This document shows positions 1 through 7,462 of a DNA stretch of 16,524 nucleotides, one piece after another. Both the position numbers and the translations under genes were made by a program. The DNA lies in the NCBI RefSeq assembly GCF_006345805.1, contig NW_021825049.1, positions 1 through 16,524 of the forward strand. Reading direction: 5' to 3'. The notes under the pieces were generated by a model. The model searched no databases. It saw only the letters and a list, made by a program, of their open reading frames with translations, and was not told where the DNA came from. Source of the stretch: Octopus sinensis (Eukaryota). Numbering within the stretch: the first letter of the stretch is position 1; each line of letters begins with the position of its first letter.

Positions 1-42
1 GGTGTTGTGTGTGTGTGTGTATGTGTGTGTGTGTGTGTGTGT
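1..42. repeat. (GT)n microsatellite, probably the internal microsatellite of the SINE-A copy whose tail follows
   Basis: Near-pure GT repeat directly upstream of a SINE-A 3' half, the same arrangement as at 6630-6929 and inside the copies at 2557-2818 and 16024-16350. Confidence 0.9.
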
Positions 43-54
43 TTTTGAGTTTTT

Positions 55-276
55 GTCTTTGTCTTGTGTTTGTCCTACATCACCGTTTGACAATCGATGT
101 TGGTTTGTTTACGCGCCGGTAACTTTGCAGTTCAGCAAAAATACAGATAGGATAAGGATCAGACGCGTCAAGAATGAATACTGGGGGTCGATCCGTTTGA
201 CTAAAACCATTGAAGTCGTTACTCTATCATGGTCTCAATCCAATGACTGAAGCAAGTGAAAGGTAAAAGAAAAAGA
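55..276 (+). mobile_element. SINE family A, diverged 3' half
   Basis: tgtgtttgtcc...ttgacaatcgatgttggtttgtttacg...ttcagcaaaa...ctgggggtcgat...gactaaaacc...tgactgaagcaagt aligns by eye with 6716-6929 and with the reverse complement of 2557-2630. Confidence 0.8.
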
Positions 277-299
277 TTAGCAGAAACAATGAATAGATG

Positions 300-485
300 C
301 ATCCATAGCCGTGTGGTTAAGAAGTTCGATTTCCAGCCAAGTAGTTCCAGGTTCAGTCCCTGGTTCCCTCGGGGCTATAACGTGCGGGCTGACCTGGTCA
401 AATGTCTGTTATTATAGCTTCGGTTGAAGACCAATAACTTCTGTGTAAATTTGGCAGCGGGCTATTTTGCGAAAGCCTGTTATGT
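300..485 (+). mobile_element. SINE family A, diverged tRNA-like head and body; tail absent
   Basis: A-box-like tagccgtgtgg (306-316), B-box-like ggttcagtccc (350-360), then ggtcaaatgtc..tatagcttcgg..gaccaa..atttggcag, matching the reverse complements of 2690-2818 and 16190-16350. Followed by a GT/AT microsatellite. Confidence 0.7.
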
Positions 486-763
486 GCGCGCGCATGTGTG
501 TGTGCGGTGTATGTAAATATACAAATATATACATATATAATAACAATTTGGCTGCAGGAGACAACAAAAGGGATCACGGAATAACAAGAAACAACACAAG
601 AGGAGATAGACGAGTTACCGACCAAATATCAGCAGAATTTCGACACTTACGATAATGTTCCGATCGCTTGTGTTGCAAGGGATACAAATGAAAAACAACA
701 TGAAAGGCGAGTGCAAACAGAAAAGATTACATGTGTATATATTTCAATATTTCGCTTAGGAAA

Positions 764-980
764 GGCGGTGTGCTGGCAGAACAATTAGCACGCTGGGCTG
801 ATTGCTTTGTGGTATGTCGTCTGTCTTTACGTTCTGAATTCAAATGCCGCCGAGGTCGACTTTGCCTTCCATCCTTTCGTGGTCGATAAATTAAGTATCA
901 GTTGCGTAGTGGGGTTGATCTAATGAACTGGCCCCCTTCCCCAAAATTACGGGCCGTGTGCTTAGCGTAGAAAAGAATAT
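764..980 (+). mobile_element. SINE family B, full head, alternative (type 2) 3' tail
   Basis: ggcggtgtgctggcaga...gttctgaattcaaatgccgccgaggtcgactttgcc...gtcgataaattaagta matches 11268-11400; the 3' part (ggcccccttccccaaaattacgggccgtgtgc...aagaatatt) differs from the 11.3 kb and 15.2 kb copies. Confidence 0.9.
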
Positions 981-1219
981 TTTAATCATTTAGAAATATT
1001 TTTAAGTGAATGTGATTTCAAAAATGTAAGTTGTTTGTACAGTAAGTATTTATCGTTTAGCTTTCTTTAAACAAACTATATTTTAATTCTTCTTTAATTA
1101 TTTTCAAGTGAATGGCGATCTTTCGCTTTGACCCTCATAACTGTCGTCCGGGGTTCGTTAATTTCCGTAAAGAATTTTCATTTATTTACTTTTCTTTTTA
1201 AAGATAAAGAGAAGAGAAG

Positions 1220-1290
1220 TGGGGTCGATGTAATCTACTTATCCTTACCCAGACATTGCTGGCCTTGTGCCAAAATTTGAAACCAATATT
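1220..1290 (+). mobile_element. SINE family B, 5'-truncated fragment with type 2 tail
   Basis: tggggtcgatgtaatctactt...ggccttgtgccaaaatttgaaaccaatatt resembles 910-980. Confidence 0.6.
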
Positions 1291-1659
1291 TTTCTTAGGC
1301 ATAGCGATACTAATAACTTCGTGTTAGAACTCCATATGCTCATGCGTTCGTCGAGCGACCCCCCCTCTTCGGAAGAGTTTTGGCAACTAATAAACGGTGT
1401 GAGAATCGTTAAGCAATAGATATTCTAGATAAGATATGAAATAGAGAGTGAAGTGGAGGAATGAAAATAGACGTGAGATATGCAGGGATATTTTATCTAT
1501 AGTTCCATTATTTAGGCAGAATGGTATATATATATAATTCGTGTACCTTGTGAGTAAGTTCCAATAATGTATATATATATATTATGCCATATATACACGT
1601 GTATAGAGCCGATTCAAATATAAAGTGACTCGATGACTCCCCTAATATATATCATACAT

Positions 1660-1747
1660 AAGTGAATAAATTATATATCATAATATATCATAAGATATTA
1701 TATATATATATTTTATATATATAATATATATATAATATATATATATA
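1660..1747. repeat. Imperfect (TA)n array
   Basis: Directly visible AT-alternating tract. Confidence 0.9.
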
Positions 1748-1789
1748 AAGAAAAAAGGTTTGAAAATGCAATTTAAACGATGTTTATTT

Positions 1790-1830
1790 ACTTAACCGGT
1801 TTCACTCTTTGGTAAAAAATTGTCAAAAGT
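1790..1830 (-). ncRNA. Putative degenerate minimal type I hammerhead ribozyme motif (Penelope-like element type)
   Basis: Minus strand reads ACTT-TTGACAA-TTTTTT-ACCA-AAGAGT-GAAA-CCGG-T-T-AAGT: stem I ACTT/AAGT, core U3-U-G-A-C-A8-A, wobble-rich stem II, GAAA, palindromic helix III ACCGGT, NUH = GUU. Confidence 0.45.
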
Positions 1831-1880
1831 TACATTTAAGGAAACATTGAATATATGGGTTTTCAAAAAAAGTTTTTTTT

Positions 1881-2075
1881 ACATAATTTGTCACATTGAG
1901 TATTATGCATTCAAAAAGGTTTTTACATAATTGTCACATTGAGTATTATGCATTCAAAAAGGTTTTTACATAATTGTCACATTGAGTATTATCATTCAAA
2001 AAGGTTTTTACATAATTGTCACATTGGATATTATGAATTCAAAAATGTTTTTTTTTATAACATAATTGTCACATT
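1881..2075. repeat. Minisatellite, about 43-bp unit, 4 full copies plus a partial fifth
   Basis: Unit acataattgtcacattgagtattatgcattcaaaaaggttttt starts at 1881, 1925, 1968, 2010 and 2060 (spacings 44, 43, 42, 50). Confidence 0.95.
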
Positions 2076-2486
2076 ACATGTATAGATATAGTGTTTTGGT
2101 AACAGAGAAGTTCAATAGTGTGATGAGAATGTTTGGGAAAATTTGGCAGAAAAGGATAAAACAATATATTATTGGGAATTGGTTGTCGTTAATTATTGTT
2201 TGTCGCAAATTGTCACATTACATGTATATATATCCCAATCTTCGGTATATATATACAGCCTTTTACAGCACAAATTAGAATGGCTTTTTTATACATCTCA
2301 GAATATTTTAAGTACAAGGCGAGAATATGTTTTTTACTGACCTGTTGGGATTAGCAAAAGGCTGAACTGAGAGAACAGAGGAAGTAGCCAATGTGGTGTA
2401 TACTTCCCCTTTATGCATGAAGGATTTTGGGGTTTCAGGAGGTTATTATGCGGTGTGAAATAGATGTGTTCGTGCCCGCTGGTCAG

Positions 2487-2511
2487 ATATATATATATAT
2501 ATATATAATAT

Positions 2512-2556
<45 letters not shown>
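2487..2556. repeat. (TA)n microsatellite
   Basis: Directly visible. Confidence 0.95.
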
Positions 2557-2560
<4 letters not shown>

Positions 2561-2818
2561 CCGAACCGCTAAGTATCTGGGACACAACACACCAGCATCG
2601 GTTGTCAAGCAATGCTAGGGGGACAAACACAGACACACAAACATACAACACACACATATATATATATATATATACATATATACGACGGGCTTCTTTTTCA
2701 GTTCCGTCTACCAAATCCACTCCCAAGGCTTTGGTCGGCCCGAGGCTTTAGCAGAAGAACTTGCCAAGATGCCACGCAGTGGGACTGAACCCGGAACCAC
2801 GCAGCCACTCCTGTGCCT
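2557..2818 (-). mobile_element. SINE family A, head with internal deletion, internal (CA)/(TA) microsatellite, tail truncated at the TA array
   Basis: Reverse complement: aggcacaggagtggctgcgtggttccgggttcagtcccactgcgtggc...ggccgaccaaagccttg...gatttggtagacggaactgaaaaagaagcccgtcg-(TA/TG)n-tgtgtttgtccccctagcattgcttgacaaccgatgctggtgtg...cttagcggttcggcaaa. Confidence 0.9.
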
Positions 2819-2819
2819 G

Positions 2820-2850
<31 letters not shown>

Positions 2851-2982
2851 TAATAATATATTATATATATATATATATATAGATATATATATATATATAT
2901 ATGTTTATATATATATATATATAATATATACACCTATATTAATATATATATATATGTATATATATATATTTATATATACACC

Positions 2983-3034
<52 letters not shown>

Positions 3035-3098
3035 ATATATAGATATATATATATATACACATATATATATATATATATATATTATATAATATAACACA

Positions 3099-3168
<70 letters not shown>
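2820..3168. repeat. Long imperfect (TA)n array
   Basis: About 350 bp almost entirely of alternating TA. Confidence 0.95.
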
Positions 3169-3169
<1 letters not shown>

Positions 3170-3400
3170 TGGTAAAAAACGTAAGATAACAAAAGAAAGA
3201 AAGAGGACCTCAGTATTATGTAAATAGAGGAAATTTATCTGTAAATTAATTATGTGACAATTATTCAATAGCCAAGATATAAAACTCTGAGTTTCGGATG
3301 CCGAGGGGGAAATCCACAACACCATCTCTTCGGTTATTGGCAGATAGCCGAAGAGATGGTGTTGTGGATTTCCACCTCGGCATCCGATATTTTACAGATA
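3170..3400 (-). mobile_element. Short non-autonomous element between microsatellite arrays with an inverted partial duplication (possible Penelope-like pseudo-LTR relic)
   Basis: Unique-looking 230 bp bounded by microsatellite arrays; arms 3294-3333 and 3348-3387 are 39/40 complementary; 3236-3245 and 3391-3400 are also inverted; hammerhead-shaped motif at 3279-3337. Class assignment is inference. Confidence 0.4.
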
Positions 3401-3579
3401 TATATATACTGTATATTACATATATGTAAGGATATGTACATACATTCAATCACGTACATATACACAGACACACCAGTCTATATACGGGAGTACATATACA
3501 TATGCATATACATATACAGACACACAAATGCACACATACATACATATGTATTTATATATATCTCTGTGTGTGTGTGTGC

Positions 3580-3618
<39 letters not shown>

Positions 3619-3640
3619 ATACTATATATACATGAATAAA
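3398..3640. repeat. Mixed (TA)/(CA)/(GT) microsatellite tract
   Basis: Directly visible. Confidence 0.85.
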
Positions 3641-4028
3641 TGTTATTCAAATATAAGATGACCTCTCCCACTGATTCACATCTGAAAAATTAATAAAGAT
3701 TATTAACTCGTAATAAACTGTTGCAACCAGCCAAAGTGTTATGGTGAAGTCACGTGATTTTGTAACTTCCCTCAAGTGGCGCAGACTTCGTCGAAAATTT
3801 AAAACTATTACTTTGGAAAAGTTTTAGTCTTTAATTACCGTTGTTTGACGCCATCAGGTAATTAGTTTCTTGTCATTTCGTAAGGCTTCAACAAGTTTCT
3901 CAATTATATTTACTTTGTACGAGCGGGAAATAGAAGCTCAACTTTCCGACTGGAAAATTTACCGGTAGAACAACAATTAAGAAAGTAAAGAAAGAAGGTA
4001 ATTAAATACTGTATGTGATGGTGTATGA

Positions 4029-4100
4029 CAGCGGTTCAAAACCGCGTTTTGCGTCGCGGACTGGTTTCGTACAACGCAATTTTTCCACGAACCAGGGGGA
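4029..4100 (+). mobile_element. Probable hAT (Charlie-type) transposon or MITE terminus
   Basis: cagcggttcaaaacc...gcggactggtttcgt...caatttttccacgaaccagggg resembles, from memory, the CAGCGGTCCCCAACC...GGACCGGTTTCGTGGAAGACAATTTTTCCACGGACC end of MER1/Charlie-type MITEs. No second terminus found. Confidence 0.5.
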
Positions 4101-4210
4101 TCAAGCATGTAACAAAAACACAATGAAGTGTTTTATATATAATTTAATTATTACGTATATAATGCAAATGTTATTATTACATTGAATATTATGTTCTTTA
4201 TTTCTACTGT

Positions 4211-4278
4211 TATCCGTTTGTCTGTCGTTGTTTGTCCCCTCTGTGTGTAGCCCCTTGAGGGTAGTAAAGATATAGGTA
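4211..4278 (+). mobile_element. SINE family B, 5'-truncated type 1 tail fragment
   Basis: tatccgtttgtctgtcgttgtttgtcccctctgtgtgtagccccttgagggtagtaaagatataggta matches 11605-11672. Confidence 0.85.
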
Positions 4279-4290
4279 TATAGATGATAG

Positions 4291-4464
4291 CCCAACCAGC
4301 TGAAAACCTTCTCCGATGGAATAAGCAAGCCTGTGGACCGCTGGAGGAAGTGTCTCGAAAAGCAAAGGGAAGGGGACTATGTTGAATGTGATAGAAAGCT
4401 TCAACTTTAATAATAAATTATAGAAGCAAGAGTGCAAAAAAATATTTCGCTTAACAACCTCTTA
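4291..4464 (+). mobile_element. Tc1/mariner transposon 3' remnant: transposase C-terminus plus probable right TIR ending in TA
   Basis: Frame 4291-4410 translates PNQLKTFSDGISKPVDRWRKCLEKQREGDYVECDRKLQL*, matching the mariner C-terminal pattern F..GI..L..RW.KC....G.Y.E (Mos1/Hsmar1-like). 4441-4464 ends ...aacaacctctTA, mariner-TIR-like. Not listed in the ORF track (too short, no Met). Confidence 0.7.
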
Positions 4465-4719
4465 TCGTCGTCGTCGACGTCGTCGGCTCCAGCTTGCATC
4501 AGAGAATTGGGTCCGTCAGTTTCTATCTAGTCTCCTCGGCAGATGTTTGTGCCGAATGTAACTTTGGAGTCCAAGCTGATGGTGAAGGAGTCGTGGGCAC
4601 TATTCGCCGGTGCGGGTCGAGGATGCCGAAGACGCTCCTTTCCTCTCACGCTCCCTACCTCCCCATTCCGCTGCCTGCTCCGCCCGTGACTCTAAGCACC
4701 TGCGTATGTAGGTAATTTC

Positions 4720-4975
4720 TTTTCGCGGGAAGGAAAGTTTCATTAAAGTCGTGTCTCGCCTTGACATTCGAAACGCGGAGTAGATGAAACAAAGGCGACT
4801 GAAGAGGGGGAATTTTCCTTGTATTGTATGTCCTGTACTCTATTTTTTTTCGTTTTTTAAGAAAAATGTCCATTTCCTTGGTTTTGTGTTTATGTTTTCG
4901 TTTCTCATTGTGTTCGACGTTTTTTTGGTGTCCTGTACCCATATATGCATGTATATATACATGTAGGGGTAGGTA
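4720..4975 (+). mobile_element. Short structured element grading into microsatellite, carrying hammerhead-like half motifs; class uncertain
   Basis: Stems gtttcat/atgaaac, gtgtc/gacat and tcgcctt/aaggcga, a CTGAAGA at 4799-4805, then a T-rich tail and TA/TG repeats, a layout similar to the elements near 1.8 kb and 3.3 kb. Confidence 0.3.
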
Positions 4976-5059
4976 CGTACATATATGTATGTATATATAT
5001 GCATATGTTTTATTTTATTTATTAATTTATTATGGAGGTAACATATATACATATATGTT

Positions 5060-5534
5060 ACACACACACCACACACACACACATATCCTTCGATACATAC
5101 GTAGATATATGTATACATCTGCGAGCACACAGGTACTAAGACAACGATCGGAAATGCCACACGCATAGCACACACACACACATACACATACATGTACGTA
5201 CGATCGCTTACACATATACTCAATTCCACACACACACACACACACGAACACTCATACACACACACACAAACACGCACACACACACACACACACGCATATA
5301 TACACACACATACACATACACACACGCACACACACAGACACACACACACACGAACACACACACATACACACACACATACGCACACACACACACACACACG
5401 CATACGCACGCACACCACACACGCATACACACACACACCACGTACACACACACACACAACCAACCACACACACACACACACCACACGTACACACATGCAC
5501 ACGCACAGACAACACACACACACCGTACACAACA

Positions 5535-5590
<56 letters not shown>
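5060..5590. repeat. Imperfect (CA)n array
   Basis: Directly visible; source of the CVCV/HTHT ORFs. Confidence 0.95.
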
Positions 5591-5592
<2 letters not shown>

Positions 5593-5852
5593 ATATTCAT
5601 ACTCTCATAATTATCCGCTCAGTTTAATTGCAGGAAAATCAATTAAATATTTGTAAAACTCTCTTGCGAGTTTTTTTTTCTTCTGTTTATTGGCCTCGTT
5701 TTCGTTGTGTATGCTCGTTACCAATGTTGCTATTGTTGTTGTTGATGTCATTAGCGTTGATGACGTTTGTTTATGAAGTACATTTCCGTTTCGATATCGA
5801 GAAATGTCATTAAATACACCACAAGTGTATACGTTTCTGTGTTTTTACCTCC

Positions 5853-5885
<33 letters not shown>

Positions 5886-5889
5886 ACTC

Positions 5890-5923
<34 letters not shown>

Positions 5924-5960
5924 TCATACACACACGCATACACATATATATATAGATAGA
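5853..5960. repeat. Compound (GTCT)n-(CT)-(CA)n-(TA) microsatellite
   Basis: Directly visible. Confidence 0.9.
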
Positions 5961-6011
5961 TATACACAGGTTTGATAGGTAAATAGATATAAGTTTATAT
6001 ACATATGTACA

Positions 6012-6012
<1 letters not shown>

Positions 6013-6080
<68 letters not shown>

Positions 6081-6082
6081 GG

Positions 6083-6149
<67 letters not shown>

Positions 6150-6188
6150 CCTACCTGTTCATTCCATCCATCCATCCATCCATCCATC

Positions 6189-6277
<89 letters not shown>

Positions 6278-6298
6278 CCTACCTGTCTATCTATCTAC

Positions 6299-6370
<72 letters not shown>
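6013..6370. repeat. (ATCT)n (GATA-type) tetranucleotide array with an (ATCC)n insert
   Basis: Directly visible; source of the YLSI ORF. Confidence 0.97.
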
Positions 6371-6371
<1 letters not shown>

Positions 6372-6629
6372 GTCGCTATTATGCAAAACTGTCGTAAGTC
6401 TAAAACGTTGCTTTTTCAGAAAACATAAAAATAGTTTTGCTATTCCATAGCAAAACTGTTGTACTGCACTTTAACAACTTTTGATAACTTGGCATCTGGA
6501 GCAGCTGGAGATACGATAGTTTGACAAAAGAACCTGCTATTGCAAGCACAAATGAATATTGAAAAGAAAGCATTTGGCCAAATTTGGACATACAACATTT
6601 TAACACAGTAGCAACGAGATATATATGTA

Positions 6630-6630
6630 T

Positions 6631-6664
<34 letters not shown>

Positions 6665-6715
6665 GTATATATATAAAAGTACTTATATATGTATGAGTAT
6701 GAATGTATACATGGG
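6630..6715. repeat. (TA)/(CA)/(TG) microsatellite preceding a SINE-A tail
   Basis: Directly visible. Confidence 0.85.
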
Positions 6716-6929
6716 TGTGTGTGTTTGTTGTACCCATCACTTAACAACAGGTGTTAGTTTGTTTACGTCTCCATGAACTTAGCGGTTCAGCAAAAGAGAG
6801 TGATACAATAAATACCAGACTCCAAAGACCCTAAATATTGAGGTCGATTTCTTCGGACTAAAAACCCCATCGAAGTGATGCCCCAGCATGACCGCAGTTC
6901 AGTGACTGCAACAGGTAAGGTGTAAAAGG
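6716..6929 (+). mobile_element. SINE family A, diverged 3' half
   Basis: gtttgtttacgtctccatgaacttagcggttcagcaaaagagag...gaggtcgatttcttcggactaaaaacc...ccccagcatgaccgcag..tgactgcaacaggtaa aligns with 55-276. Confidence 0.85.
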
Positions 6930-7016
6930 TGAATAACGACCATGGAGTGAGATCTGCAGGCTTATAACAATGGGTCATTACTAATCTTCCAGAAAATCTC
7001 GTTCAGGACACATATA

Positions 7017-7036
7017 GGGGTTGGGGTGGGGTGGGG
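7017..7036 (+). other. G-quadruplex-forming motif G4-TT-G4-T-G4-T-G4
   Basis: ggggttggggtggggtgggg: four G4 tracts with 1-2 nt loops. Confidence 0.75.
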
Positions 7037-7409
7037 CTGAAATGTTCCTGGCTTGGGTAAAAGAACATACAAGATGATCAGATGACCAGGAATTATGAAT
7101 TTATTCAACATATCTCCCCTCACAGATTCACATACTTATTGCAGCGGTCCCTCAGTTTTTCGAAGCCCTATAAAAAAACCCCCAAAAACTCAGTAAGTTG
7201 GGCCTCCAACCAGGCCTTTCCATGGCACCCTCAAAGCCAGGACCCTTTCAGCACCCCTTCGTGTGCAAAGATGAACGGTTACCATTGACATGAGAGTACC
7301 CACCCACATGAGCCACCACCAATCCCAGAATCACTTGCCCCATCACAAACACCACCTTCATCACCATCATAATACCAAATATTTTTACACCAAAATTTTA
7401 TCATACCAT

Positions 7410-7411
7410 CA

Positions 7412-7462
<51 letters not shown>

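Noticed and set aside
1881-2075. Possible CRISPR-like array
   Set aside because: Units are contiguous with no unique spacers, in a eukaryotic context; it is a minisatellite.
2337-2486. ctgacc/ggtcag as MITE TIRs
   Set aside because: Only a 6-bp match and no TSD.
4737-4790. Twister ribozyme (P1, UAA, GAG)
   Set aside because: No P2 pairing or T1/T2 pseudoknots can be drawn.
5038-5061. Short palindromes (gtaacatatat/atatatgttac; also 1592-1605 and 15051-15082)
   Set aside because: They are largely explained by self-complementary TA/CA microsatellite sequence.
4840-5656. CVCV/HTHT ORFs
   Set aside because: (CA)n microsatellite translation.
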